In this document: positions 23,041 through 36,027 of the stretch, piece by piece
Layout of the letters: every line of letters starts with the position of its first letter
Position numbering within the stretch: the first letter of the stretch is position 1
NCBI RefSeq assembly: GCF_044704955.1
Contig: NC_092000.1
Location: 6,076,001 to 6,140,000, forward strand
Direction of reading: 5' to 3'
Origin: Pristiophorus japonicus
Taxonomy: Eukaryota
Length of the DNA: 64,000 nucleotides
Notes under the pieces: model-generated
What the model was told of the DNA's origin: nothing
The model's input: only the letters and a program-made list of their open reading frames with translations
The model's database searches: none
Program-made: the position numbers and the translations under genes

Positions 23041-23844
23041 CTGCGATCACAGTCTTGAAGATACTGAACTAATGAGCATCCACAGCCCTCTGGGGCAGAG
23101 AATTCCAAAAATTAATCACCCTTCGAATGGAGAAATTTCTCAGCTCCGTCCTAAATGGCCGATCCCTCACCCCGAGACATCTCGTGATCGGGAACACGCT
23201 GCTGGAAAAGGTGGAGGAAGAAGATTCAACAGCAACGTTCAAAAGGAAATTGGATAAATACTTGAAGGGAAAAGATTTTACAGGGCTACAGTGAAAGAGA
23301 AAGTGAGGGACTAATTGGACCGCTCTTCCAAAGAGCTGGCACAGGCACAATGGGCCGAATAGCCTCTGCATGATTCTATGATCTAAATTACGAGATATTT
23401 TAGATGTACATATATTATTGGACATTTGTACAGTCTGATTTATAGCACCTTACAGAGTAATTAGTGGAATAGTTCAAGACATGATCCCACAGTGGTTTTA
23501 TCCTCAACTGCAACGGCAACAAGAATTCGATCCTAGTTAACAAAAGTCAACACTTTTCCGCATCAGCCTGGTGGCACTGTGGCCTTATCCAAGTTGTGAG
23601 GTTGCAGCATTCAGCCTCTGATTCCCTTAACCTGACTCAGCTACTCTGTGTCCTCCCCCCAGCCCCACACTCGACTTTACTGGAGTACAGTACCACAGGT
23701 GCCATATACCCTCTGGTATGTTGGCCATTTTGCGAGTCGAGATAGAGAGCAGACGGGCTGTTACCATGGGAACCAGCATAGCTGAGCCCGGTTGCGTCCT
23801 CAGCTGACACACACTTCCAAGCAGGAGTCACCGGATAGTGATAA

Positions 23845-24486
23845 AGACTTGCATTTATATAGCACCTTTCACAACCACCAGATGTCTCAAAGCACTTTAC
23901 AGCCAATGAAGTATTTTTGGAGTGTAGTCACTGTTGTAATGTGGGAAACGTGGCAGCCAATTTGCCAACAGCAAGCTCCCACACACAGCAATCTGATAAT
24001 GACCAGATCATCTGTTTTTTTTGTTCTGTTGATTGAGGGATAAATATTGGCCCCGGAACACCAGGGAGAACTCCCCTGCTCTTCTTTGAAATAGTGGCTG
24101 TGGGATCTTTTACGTCCACTTGAGGGGGCACCTCCGACAGTGCGGCGCTCCCTCAGTACTGCCCCTCCGACAGTGCGGCGCTCCCTCAGCACTGCCCCTC
24201 CGACAGTGCGGCGCTCCCTCAGTACTGCGCTCCCTCAGTACTGTCCCTCCGACAGTGCGGCGCTCCCTCAGCACTGCCCCTCCGATAGTGCGGCGCTCCC
24301 TCAGTACTGCCCCTCCGACAGTGCGGCGCTCCCTCAGTACGTCCCCTCCGACAGTGCGGCACTCCCTCAATACTGCACTGGGAGCGTCAGCCTAGATTTA
24401 TGTGCTCAAGTCTCTGGAATGGGACATGAACCCACAACCTTCTGACTCAAGAGGCGAGAGAGCTGTACACTGAGCCATGGCTGACA
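23845..24486 (-). mobile_element. SacSINE1-like SINE with a 33-bp array (~7 units, 24130-24375)
   Basis: Head near 24486, tail near 23845. Confidence 0.9.
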
Positions 24487-25130
24487 AAAACAGCTGGCCC
24501 AGGGAACCTGCAGTTAATGAACGCTGTGTACAGAGCTGAGTCTGGAGTGCATTCCATCCAAAGCACAGGTTGCACGGGTAGAAAAGAGCACCATGAGAAA
24601 CACAAACAAGGTGAAGCACATCTCCAGATTTTAATTCTAGTCAATCAATTTGAGTCTACATTTTAACATGGTTCTCTTTTAACATAGCCCACTTCACACG
24701 GAACAGTAACTTTCTGAAGATGGGTTCGCATTCTCTCCCACTGTCAGCCTGCTAGTTGAATTTCTTGCACCTGCACGCGGGGAAAAGGGGAAAAAATATC
24801 AAATGCAATGCTCGTCTCCCACCTCCGCTGAGCCAAACGCAGAAGAGAGAACCTCGATAAACTATGACGATTCAGCTCCTCGCTAACCCAACCAGGGCTT
24901 CCAACCCCTTCAAAACGTTTTCGCTCTCCGCACAGTACGTGTTGGCGATTCATGCAGCGGGTTTAATCGATAGTTGGCCAGGCTGTAGAACGGCAATGAT
25001 GGGCCTCAGCTCAGTGGCAAGCACGAGCGGCCTAGCTTTGTGCCTGAAATCATGCTGAACGAAGCAGTGTATGTGTCAAGGAGGGAGGAGAAAGATATTG
25101 GTTAAAGCACAGAGGAACATAGACAGCCAC

Positions 25131-25136
25131 TTTATT
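25131..25136 (-). terminator. UBL5: Candidate UBL5 polyadenylation signal AATAAA
   Basis: TTTATT on +, about 275 nt downstream of the UBL5 stop codon. Confidence 0.45.
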
Positions 25137-25410
25137 CACCTATAAATTTGGGGGGGGGGGGGGGGGAAAGGGATTAAAAACCTCGGATTGAACATGGCCA
25201 AGATACCAGAAATTAATGTTGTTCTGAAATACAAAATATAGTTTAAAAAAAAAAGAGGAACATTGGTCATGTAAGACATACAAAAACAAATCATCAATGT
25301 TCTTCAGAAAGGCATACACAAAGCTTCATTGTGAAGCCACAAGTTCTTTTTCTCCACGAGCCGGGGTGATGTTGGGTGACAAGCTTATCCTCCTTGGGGT
25401 GCATTCTACT

Positions 25411-25454
25411 TTACTGGTAGTAGAGCTCCAGGTTCATTCCATCGTGGATCTCAT
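25411..25454 (-). CDS. UBL5: Ubiquitin-like protein 5, last coding exon: (Y)EIHDGMNLELYYQ*
   Basis: ccttaaccaggctgctttcag|ATGAGATCCACGATGGAATGAACCTGGAGCTCTACTACCAGTAA. Di-tyrosine C-terminus typical of UBL5/Hub1. Confidence 0.97.
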
Positions 25455-27121
25455 CTGAAAGCAGCCTGGTTAAGGCTCACAAATGCCGAGGAGGCACAGA
25501 CTGTTGTACTGAGCTGCACAGTTCAACCCGCATTTTACACAGCGACCAGCAGAATCGCGCCGATCAGTGTAGAAATAGGGCCATTTTCTTAATCAAAGCG
25601 GCAAAAAAAAAACACATACTGCAACAAAGGAATTTGAGTGAATTTTTTTGGGGGGGAAGGAGTCACCAGTAATGTTCCCTGCACTCTGGACCTTCTACTC
25701 AGCCGGCTTGTCGATAGGAAAAACTGCGCATGCGCGGGTTTTTTGAATGGGCCGCGCCGGCCCCAAGTAATGATGAACAGGAATATTGGTCACCGGTTAG
25801 TGGATGAGGGTAACCTGGTAAGACAAGAGCAAACCTGGACTTTCAGAAAGCTTTTGATAAGGTACCTCAGAAGAGGCTTCTCCAGAAGATGGAACGTTGT
25901 GGAATTAGTGGCGATCTTGCGGCGTGGAGCGAGAGCTGGCTGATCGCCTGAAGGAAGTGGAACTGCGTGGAAATTTTGTCTCTATCTCTGTAATCTCCTT
26001 CAGCCTCACAACCCCCAGCCCCCGAGATTCCGCCCTCTTGAGCATCCCTGATTATAAATCGCTCAAGCATCGGTGGCCGTGCCTTCAGCTGCCTGGGCCC
26101 CAAGCTCTGGAACTCCCTCCCTAAACCTCTCCGCCTCTCTTTCCTCCTTCAAGGCGCTCCTTAAAACCTCCCTCTTTTCACCTGCCGTAATTTCTTCTTA
26201 TGTCGCTCGGTATCAAATTTATTTGTTTTGTCTTAAAACACTCCTGTGAGGCGCCTTGGGAGGTTTTACTACGTTAAAGGCGCTATATAAATACAAGTTG
26301 TTGTTGTTGAGATTAGTTAAGCAATTGGTGTCCCTCAGGGATCGATATTTACTGCTATTTACTGCTGTCATTAATAACCGAGTTGGGGCAATGATCCGCA
26401 TATTTTCAGACGCTAGGAAACTGTGTGCGAGTGTTAGGACTGTAGAGGATGCCCAATTACTAGCAACAGCTCAATGTGTTGGGGGAAATGGACCAGTGTT
26501 TGGTAAATAATATTTAAGTTGGGAAAAGTGCAGTGTTATGCCTGTGAGCATGTCGAATGCTGAGTGTATATCTGCAGGGAACAGAACTGAAGCCAGTGAG
26601 AGAGAGAGATCTGGGTGTTATAAAGCATCACTCTCTAAAAGGTCATGACTGGGGCTGCAGCAAAGCAAACAGGGATCGAGGCTGTAGTCACACTGCGAGA
26701 TAAAACTAATTATTTTGTCCTTGTGCAAGACCTTGGTTGGGCCTCAGTTAGAATACGGGCTGCAGGCTTGGGTTTGCCGACATGGTGGAGGTAGTGAGGC
26801 AGCGGAGGGCCACAAGATTGATTACCAGACTAGTTACCCAAGTAGGCTCAAAGAGCTGGCTCTGTATACTTTAGAAAAGCGTATGCTTGGGCGATTTGCT
26901 CGAAGTTCATAAACCAATGAAGGGACTAGATTGTGGTTATATGGACCATTTTGTCCTCTAACTCAATAGGCCAAGGAGGACCAAGGATCATAATTACAAA
27001 CTATACAAGGCCCACAACTGGTTTGATGTTGGGCAGCACTTCCTTTCCCAGTGGACCTGTGGAACAGGTTGCTGGCTCATATGATGGACGCGGATTCAAT
27101 ATATTTCATCTTCTTCTTCTG

Positions 27122-27985
27122 AGAGCGAGCGAGGGACAGCGAGAGGGAGAGACCAGGCGGGAGAGAGCGAGCGGGAGAGAGCGAGCGGGAGAGACCGGGC
27201 GGGAGAGAGCGAGCGAGGAACAGCGAGCGGGAGAGAGCGAGGACAGCGAGCGGGAGACAGCGAGGACAGCGAGCGGGGGACAGCGAGCGGGGGACAGCGA
27301 GCGGGAGACAGCGAGGGACAGCGAGCGGGGGACAGCGAGGGACAGCGAGCGGGGGACAGCGAGCAGGGGACAGCGAGCGGGGGACAGCGAGCGGGGGACA
27401 GCGAGCGGGGGACAGCGAGCGGGGGACAGCGAGCGGGGGACAGCGAGCGGGGGAGAGCGAGCGGGGGACAGCGAGCGGGGGACAGCGAGCGGGGGACAGC
27501 GAGCGGGGGACAGCGAGCGGGAGAGAGCGAGGGACAGCGAGCGGGGGACAGCGAGCGGGGGACAGCGAGCGGGGGACAGCGAGCGGGGGACAGCGAGCGG
27601 GGGACAGCGAGCGGGGGACAGCGAGCGGGGGACAGCGAGCGGGAGAGAGCGAGGGACAGCGAGCGGGGGACAGCGAGCGGGGGACAGCGAGCGGGGGACA
27701 GCGAGCGGGGGACAGCGAGGACAGCGAGCGGGGGACAGCGAGCGGGGGACAGCGAGGACAGCGAGCGGGGGACAGCGAGCGGGGGACAGCGAGCGGGGGA
27801 CAGCGAGGGACAGCGAGCGGGGGACAGCGAGCGGGGGACAGCGAGCGGGGGACAGCGAGCGGGAGAGAGCGAGCGGGAGAGAGCGAGCGGGGGACAGCGA
27901 GGGACAGCGAGCGGGGGACAGCGAGCGGGGGACAGCGAGCGGGAGAGAGCGAGCGGGAGAGAGCGAGCGGGAGAGAGCAAGCGAG
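27122..27985. repeat. 14-bp G-rich, T-free minisatellite (CAGCGAGCGGGGGA)n in UBL5 intron 4
   Basis: Directly visible. The 14-aa periodicity of the overlapping ORFs equals 3 x 14 nt. Confidence 0.97.
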
Positions 27986-28047
27986 AGCTGGACTTGTTGC
28001 TGGCTGGGGAGCAGGCCATCTTGTACAAGGGGTAGATATCCTGTAAT

Positions 28048-28183
28048 CAATGTTCCGTCCAAGATGCGCGGCCGCCAACTGATTGGGAGGTCCCGCGCAG
28101 GCTGCTCAAGGCGCTGCAAGAGATGCCGCGCAGCAAATTTAAAGGGACCACGCGCCAAAAAATATATAATTAGAGAGCATATC
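28048..28183. mobile_element. Short MITE with CA(A/G)TGTTCC ends, hAT-like (inverted relative at 60602-60701)
   Basis: GGGAGGTCCCGCGCAGGCTG here and its reverse complement CAGCCTGCGCGGGACCTCCC at ~60645. Confidence 0.55.
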
Positions 28184-28673
28184 GCCTGTAATATAAATCA
28201 GGGTCAATGTGATCTCCTGGACTAGTTTCGATCATAAGGGGTCAGAGAGGAATTTTTACCCCGAATTGACCCCATCATGTATGTGTTTTTTTTTTGTCTC
28301 CCCCAGGAGATGGCGTGGCTCCAGGTGAGTAGGGAGCGTCCGTATCATGATGCACAAAGCTTCACAACTATATGGGACAAGCTAGACGGGACCAGTGGGT
28401 CTTTCCCTGCCCATAATTTTCACATGCTCGGGACTGGAGTGGCCGATAGGCCAGGCTGGGTAAGGCCGGTAGCTTTCCTTCCCTTAAGATCATTAACAAA
28501 CAGCAGATGCCAAGGTTGAGGAGAGCCAGTTAAAGGGCCCGCGCACAGAATCTTTAACATTTTTTTTTTGCAGGGAACATCGATCAGGAGGGCGTAAATA
28601 TTTGCAAAGGGCCCCCATACGTTACAGCAGAGGTTGAAAACCATCGGGTTGGGTTTACAAGTGCAAAAGATAC

Positions 28674-28711
28674 AATCTTGCAACTGAACATGATTCTTGA
28701 AAATGGTATAC
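28674..28711 (-). CDS. UBL5: UBL5 coding exon (38 nt): (W)YTIFKNHVQLQD(Y)
   Basis: ttctag|GTATACC...CAAGATT|gtatctttt (U12-like donor). Phases fit the neighbouring exons. Confidence 0.96.
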
Positions 28712-28948
28712 CTAGAATTAGAAAAAGTTAAATTAGAATGAACGATTGAAATAAATGTTCTTCATCCACTTGGGCCAAGACAGGTGGATGCAGACATTTC
28801 AACTTCAGCACGGGATGGGCTAGAATGCTGAAAACTGTTTCAATCCACACACAAGCAATTAGATTCTTTTTGCAATAAATTCTACAAAAATCTGAATAAT
28901 TTAAATTACATATTTTTTTTTTACTAAGAGCAACACAAAAGTACAAAC

Positions 28949-29032
28949 CATTTCTTTAAGACAAGCTTGTCCCATTTTGTTCCAGTCTGTGCAGCTATTA
29001 ACTTCTTCAAATCTTCAATGGTATCATCGGGA
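28949..29032 (-). CDS. UBL5: UBL5 coding exon (84 nt): (N)[27 protein letters not shown](W)
   Basis: ttttcccttaactttgctcccttctag| acceptor with a U12 branch point. |gtttgt donor. Confidence 0.97.
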
Positions 29033-29159
29033 CTAGAAGGGAGCAAAGTTAAGGGAAAAAAACAACACACGCTCCATGTAGTCCCATCCTGTTTGTACTG
29101 CGTATGTGGTCTACTTTCCCCATTTCTAAACAGGAACAGAACGAGGCTGGGTGTAATTC

Positions 29160-29995
29160 AACAACAACAACTGTATTTATATAGCACCTTTATATAGCTC
29201 TAGGCACTTTATAGGAGTATTATGAGATTTAGAAAATTTGACACCGCATAAGTAGAAATTCGGGCATATGACCAAAAGCTTGGTCAAAGAGGTAGGTTTT
29301 AAGGAGCATCTTGAAGGAGGAAAGAGAGGTAGAGAGGTAGAGAGGTTTAGGGAGGGAGTTCCAGAGCTTGGGGCCCAGGCAACAGAAAGCACGGCCACCG
29401 ATGGTGGAGCAATTATAATCAGGGATGCTCAGAAGGGAAGAATTAGAGGAGCGCAGACATCTCGGGGGGTTGTGGGGCTGGAGGGGATTACAGAGATAGG
29501 GAGGGGCGAGGGTCATGGAGGGATTTGAAAAGGATGAGAATTTTGAAATCGAGGCATTGCTTAACTGGGAGCCAATGTAGGTCAGCGAACACAGGGGGTG
29601 ATGGGTGAGTGGGACATGGTGCGAGTTAGGACACGGGGCAGCGAGCGCAGGGGGTGATGGGTGAGCGGGACTTGGTGCGAGTTAGGACACGGGGCAGCGA
29701 GCACAGGGGGTGATGGGTGAGCGGGACTCGGTGCGAGTTAGGACAAGGGGCAGTGAGCACAGGGGTGATGGGTGAGCGGGACTCGGTGCGAGTTAGGACA
29801 CGGAGCAGCGAGCACAGGGGGTGATGGGTGAGCGGGACTCGGTGCGAGTTAGGACACGGGGCAGCGAGCACAGGGGGTGATGGGTGAGCGGGACTTGGTG
29901 CGAGTTAGGACACGGGGCAATCGAGCTTTGGATCACCTCTAGTTTACGGAGGGTAGAATGAGGGAGGCCATCCAGGAGTGCATTGGAATAGTCAA
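29160..29995 (-). mobile_element. L2 LINE 3' end with a ~56-bp tandem repeat (~6 units, 29585-29919)
   Basis: Same family as 10355-10940. (CAA)n tail at 29160. Confidence 0.88.
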
Positions 29996-30279
29996 CTCTT
30001 AATTCAAGACATTAATATAAAAAGTAGCTCCCAGTAAAACCCTGCCATTTTAACATCAATACTTCTAAAAATTCTAGTCAGTAGAATTTAATCAAGACCC
30101 AAATGATTTGTTACCTATGTCAACAAATCCACTGTTATCCATTTATAATCAAAGGCATCTGATTAGGGCCAGTTCAATGGACACATTACTTTGTTGTATG
30201 TGACTGTTGGGAGTTTATTTACCATATTCCTCCCAATATATTACATGGTACCTTTGATATTGTAAACGATTCCCCTACC

Positions 30280-30737
30280 TGTGAGCTGTGGCCCAGGGTG
30301 TAGCACTCTCGCCTGAGTCAGCAGGTTGTGGGTTCAAGTCCCACTCCAGAGACTTGAGCACAAAATCTAGGCTGACACTTCAGTACATTGCTGGGGGAGT
30401 GCTGCACTGTCGGAGGTGCCGTCTTTCGGATGAGATGTTAAACCGAGGCCCCGTCTGCTCTCTCGGGTGGACGCAAAAGATCCCATGGCGCTATTTCGAA
30501 GAAGAGCAGGGGAGTTCTCCCCGGTGTCCTGGGGCCAATATTTATCCCTCAATCAACATAACAAAAAACATGATCTGATCATGATCACATTGCTGTTTGT
30601 GGGAGCTTGCTGTGCGCAAATTGCCTGCTGCATTACAACAGTGACTACACTTCAAAAGTATTTCATTGGCTATAAAGCGCTTTGGCACATCCGGTGGTCA
30701 TGAAATGTGCTACAGAAATTCCAGTCTTTCTTTCTTT
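30280..30737 (+). mobile_element. SacSINE1-like SINE, full length and unexpanded
   Basis: A/B-box head, core and tail. Confidence 0.88.
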
Positions 30738-31529
30738 CACACCTCTTCGCCCCATTAGCTGTGCTTTTAGCTGCCTGGATCCCAAGTTCTGGAATTCCCT
30801 CGTTACACTCCTCCGCCTCTCCATCTTCCTATCCTGCTTTAAGACCTCCCTTAAACCTTCATCTTTGACCTGCATCGTAGTACCCTCTGGTGAGCGGGAT
30901 ACAAGTGGCTCGCAAGTTGGTGAATGTTTATGATCGTGGCTTTTAATGCATACCTCCCAAACAACCAGAACACGGTGATAACTGATTATATTTTTAAACA
31001 AGAAAATTATAATTTACTGAAAAAAAAATACAACGAGGCTGTGAAAACATCACAAGCCCACCATTTTGATATGGACGCGACTGCTGCCAACGAACAGGAA
31101 GTAGCTGTGTATGCACAGTCCCAGTGTATTTTTTTTGGTCTGTTGTGGCCGGGCTTCCCAAAATGAGGAATAAAGAAGCGTATTTTTAAAAATCTTGTTC
31201 AGTTGTAGTTCAATTTATTAATTGGGTAAATTGTGGAATTTATTCCTGTACGAGCCACTTGCTTGTGCACTAAACTTTATTGTGGTTGGTCAGAGCTGCC
31301 AGTTTTCAGGTGGGGGGGTGAGTTTGGCCCCAGCGATGTCCGTTTTGCCCACGACATTCAGTCTTTCTTTTTATTGTGGACTCGCACCCTGTAGGAATAT
31401 TGTACAGCTCTTAATCATGAAAACCCCCCCACAATCAGTAGACAAGACGAGATTTTCATTCCTATCTCGGCCTCCAATCATTTATCTCAGCTTTTTGCCG
31501 AGCCGCACATTACAGGGCCTCAAAAACCG

Positions 31530-32130
31530 TAAGAACAGAAGAAATAGGAGCAGGAGTCGGCCATTTGGCCCCTCGAGCCTGCTCCGCCATTCAATAAGAT
31601 CATGGCGGATCTGATCTTGGCCTCAACACTTTCCTGTGTGCTCCCCATAACCCTCGACTCCCCTATCGTTCAAAAATCCGTCTAGCTCCGCCTTAAATAT
31701 AGTCAATGACCCAGCCTCCATAGCTCTCTGGGGCAGGGAATCCCAGATGCACCACCCTCAGAGAAGAAATTCCTCCTCATCTCTGTTTTAAATGGGCAAC
31801 CCATTACTCTGAAATAATGCCCCCTGGTTCTAGATTCCCCCACACAAGGGGAAACATCCTCTCTGCATCTACCTTGTCGAGCCCCCTCAGAATCTTATAT
31901 GTTTCAATAAGATCATCTCTCATTCTTCTAACCGCCAATGAGTAGAGGCCCAACTTGCTCAACCTTTCCTCATAAGACAACCGTTCATCTCAGGAATCAG
32001 CCGAGTGAACCTTCTTTGAACAGCCTCCAATGCAAGTATACCCCTCCTTAAATACGGAGACCAAAACTGTACGCAGTAACACCAGGTGTGGCCTCCCCAA
32101 TACCCTATACAGTTGTAGCAAGACTTCTCT
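31530..32130 (-). mobile_element. CR1 3' fragment
   Basis: YCVQFWSPYL...QRRFTRLIP on - strand, plus tail. Confidence 0.85.
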
Positions 32131-32940
32131 ACTTCGTTTCTATCAATTTGTATACATCTCAAGCTGCAGATACTGACAGATCTTGGTGTTTGCTGGAATG
32201 GATGGACTCTTCCACTGCTGGAAAAGTAACGTTCAAAAAATTTCTCTTTGGCTTTTTGGCCCACATATTCATGGGCGTGCAGGTCAACTGACATACAAGC
32301 TGCCTTTCTGCAAGGCCATACATTTCAGAGAGAATTGTTTCTGAAACCACCTAGAGAGGCAGCAAGGAAAGCTACAAAAACTAAATAAATGTGTCTGTGG
32401 GCTAATGATGCTTCCAGGTATGGTATTTTTCCGTTTTTGTTTTATTCTTTATTCACAAGAGACACATATTACATATTATGCATCCCCAAGATGAGCTTGC
32501 AACCCTTCCCCAGCCTGTTCCCGTCATCATCATAGGCAGCCCCTCGGAATCGAGGAGGACTCGATACGGAGAGCAAGAGACCCCGATTAATTCCCACCGC
32601 CAGCATACCAGTAGCAGGCAATTGCTATACACCACTTATACACCAATTAACAAGTGTTCAGGTTTAGAATTTACTAGTCAATGAGATAACAGTGGTAAAC
32701 ATCCAGGACCAGGACCAAGAAATTCAAACAGGCCAAATCAGCAAGTAAGAAATAATTACAAAGCGGACAGAGTTTCCCCGGGCTTTAAGAGACCGATTAT
32801 CAGGGCTTATCAGTCACACATAAGCTGCTCTGCCCACAAGTTGCAGTCCAGTCACCCCAATATTTTCTGTCACTAATGTGCGCTTTTCATTTTGTGTGTG
32901 GATACAAGGCCTGTAACTAACAGGTAAGCAGGTACCAACA

Positions 32941-35081
32941 GAAACATAGAAATTAGGTGCAGAAGTAGGCCATTCGGCCCTTCGAGCCTGCACCACCATT
33001 CAATAAGATCATGGCTGATCATTCAACCTCAGTACCCCTTTCCTGCTTTCTCTCCATACCCCTTCATCCCTTTAGCCGTAAGGGCCACATCTAACTCCCT
33101 TTTGAATATATCTAACGAACTGGCCTCAACAACTTTCTGCGGACAGAATTCCACAGGTTAACAATTCTCTGAGTGAAGAGGTTTCTCTTCATCTCGGTCC
33201 GATATGGCTTACCCCTTATCCTTAGACTGTGACCCCTGGTTCTGGACTTCCTCAGCATCGGGAACATTCTTCCTGCCTCTAACCTGTCCATTCCCGTCAG
33301 AATTTTAAATGTTTCGATGAGAACCCCTCTCATTCTTCTAAATTCCAGTGAATATAAGCCTAGTCGATCCAGTCTCTCCTCATACGTCAGTCCTGCCATC
33401 CCGGGAATCAGTCTGGTGAACCTTCGCTGCACTCCCTCAATAGCAAGAACATCCTTCCTCAGATTAGGAGACCAAAACTGAACACAATATTTCAGGTGAG
33501 GCCTCACCAAGGCCCTGTACAACTGCAGTAAGAACTCCCTGCTCCTATACTCAAATCTTATAGCTATGAAGGCCAACATGCCATTTGCCTTCTTCACCGC
33601 CTGCTGTACCTGCATGCCAACTTTCAATGACTGATATACCATGACACCCAGGTCTCGTTGCACCTCCCCTTTTCCTAATCTGTCGCTATTCAGTAATATT
33701 CTGCCTCCCTATCTTTGCCACCACATTTATCCACATTATACTGCATCTGCCATGCATTTGCCCACGTCACCCTGCAGCCTCTTAGCATCCTCCTCACAGC
33801 TCACACCGCTACCCAGCTTAGTGGCATCAGCAAACTTGGAGATATTACATTCAAATCCTTCATCTAAATCACTAATATATATTGTAAATAGCGGGGGTCC
33901 CAGCACTGAACCCTGCGGTACCCCACTAGTCATTGCCTGCCATTCTGAAAAGGACCCATTTATTCCGACTTTCTGCTTCCTGTCTGCCAACCAGTTCTCT
34001 ATCCACGTCAATACATTACCCCTAATACCATGTGCTTTAATTTGATATACTAATCTCTTGTGTGGGACCTTGTCAAAAGCCTTTTCAAAGTCCAAATACA
34101 CCACATCCACTAGTTCTCCCTTGTCCACTCTACTAGTTACATCCTCAAAAAGTTCTACAAGATTTGCCAAACATGATTTCCCTTTCATAAATCCATGCTG
34201 ACTTGGACCGATCCTGTCACTGCTTTCCAAATGCTCTGCTATTTCATCTTTAATAATTGATTCCAACATTTTTCCCACCACCGGTGTCAGGCTAACCGGT
34301 CTATAATTCCCTGTTTACTCTCTCCCTCCTTTTTTAAAAAGTGGTGTTACATGAGCTACCCTCCAATCCATAAGAACTGATCCAGAGTCAATAGAATGTT
34401 GGAAAATGATCACCAATGCATCCACTATTTCTAGGGTCACTTCTTTAAGTACTCTGGGATGCAGCCTATCAGGCCCTGGGGATTTATCGTCCTTCAATCC
34501 CATCAATTTCCTTGACACAATTTCTTGACTAATAAGGATTCCCTTCAGTTCCTCCTTCTCACTAGATCCTCAGTCTCCTAGTACTTCCAGAAGGTTATTT
34601 GTGTCTTCCTTAGTGAAGACAGAACCAAAGTATTTGTTCAATTGGTCTGCCATTTCTTTGTTCCCCATTATAAATTCACCTGATTCTGACTGCAAGGGAC
34701 CTACATTTGTCTTCATTAACCTTTTTCTCTTCACATATCTATAGAAGCTTTTGCAGTCAGTTTTATGTTCCCTGCAAGCTTACTCTCATAGTCTATTTTC
34801 TACCTCCTAATTAAACCCTTTGTCCTCCTCTGCTGAATTCTAAATTTCTCCCAGTCCTCAGGTTTGCTGCTTTTTCTGGCCAATTTATATGCCTCTTCCT
34901 TGGATTTAACAGTATCCCTAATTTCCCTTGTTAGCCACGGTTGAGCCAACTTCCCCGTTTTATTTTTACTCTAGACAGGGATGAACAATTGTTGTAGTTC
35001 ATCCATATGATCTTTAAATGTCTGCCATTGTCTATCCACCGTCAACCCTTTAAGTATCATTCATCAGTCTATCCTAGCCAA
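32941..35081 (-). mobile_element. CR1 LINE (2.1 kb, disrupted RT) in UBL5 intron 2
   Basis: ORFs 33112-34518 with RT motifs. GAAACATAGAA tail. Confidence 0.95.
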
Positions 35082-35181
35082 TACAGAAGAGCACTCACTG
35101 AGTTCACTGAACCACCACAGAAGGGCTGATACGTTCCAATTAAAAAGACAGCAATATTTTACCGCTCATCTTAAAGGATAC

Positions 35182-35237
35182 TTGCACTTCACTCGAACTT
35201 TCTTCCCTAAGCGATCATTGCAAATTATCTCAATCAT
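35182..35237 (-). CDS. UBL5: UBL5 first coding exon: MIEIICNDRLGKKVRVKC(N); the exon starts at 35249
   Basis: ctttccag|gaatttataagaATG...TGCAA|gtatccttt. Coding exons of 56+84+38+44 = 222 nt give 73 aa plus stop. Confidence 0.97.
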
Positions 35238-35745
35238 TCTTATAAATTCCTGGAAAGATGGAAAAAAAATAATTAGTTAGAGGAAAAAAAACTTACTGGA
35301 ACAAAAATACCATATCCATAGGAACTTCAAAGAATTATTAAAAAGTTATGATCTTGAATGTGCTGCCTGAAAAGGGCAATAGAATCAGATTCAATAATAA
35401 CTTTCAAAAGTGAATTGTATAAATATTTAAAGGGAACAAAATTGCAGACTGTTCTCAACCTTGGTGTCGTTTTTACGTTTGCCGATGGGCTGAAATGACC
35501 TGTTTCTGCACTGTAAATTTCTATGTTTCTATGCAGGGTCATGGGGAAAGAGCATGGGGGGTTTGGGACTAATTGGATAGCTCATTCAGCGAGCCGGCAT
35601 GAGGGGCTACCTTCTCTGTGTTATGATTTTATTAGAATACAAGAGCCTCTATATTTTGTTCAGAATTCCAATGGGAATGAAGAGTCAAATTTACAATCGT
35701 GGAAAGTGTAGTCATATTCAAGTAAACTATCATTTGTTGCAGAGT

Positions 35746-36027
35746 CATAGAAACATAGAAAATAGGTGCAGGAGTAGGCTATTTGGCCCTTTGAGGCTGC
35801 ACCACCATTCAATATGATCATGGCTGATCATGCAACTTCAGTTCCCCATTCCTGCTTTCTCTCCATACCCCTTAATCCCTTTAGCCATAAGGGCCACATC
35901 TAGCTCCATTATGAATATATCTAACAAACTGGTCTCAACAACTTTCTGTGGTAGAGAATTCCACAGGTTAACAATTCTCTGAGTGAAGAAGTTTCTCCTC
36001 ATCTCAGTCCTAAATGGCTTACCCCTA
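35746..36027 (-). mobile_element. CR1 terminal fragment
   Basis: CATAGAAACATAGAA tail and 3' UTR homology. Confidence 0.85.

Larger units (their letters stand above)
25790..28420 (+). mobile_element. Old, degraded CR1-type LINE interrupted by an L2 end (25980-26310), the 14-bp array and a MITE
   Basis: Decayed motifs in order: LDFQKAFDKVPQKRL (~25835), RDLGV (~26605), KTLVGPQLEY (~26730). Confidence 0.6.

Noticed and set aside
26933-28225. 310-430-aa ORFs on both strands
   Set aside because: Read-through of the stop-free 14-bp minisatellite in a UBL5 intron.
32159-32350. Possible alternative or poison exon in UBL5 intron 2
   Set aside because: Only an acceptor-like sequence is present, with no true CCTTAAC branch point or donor. 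It would need RNA-seq support.
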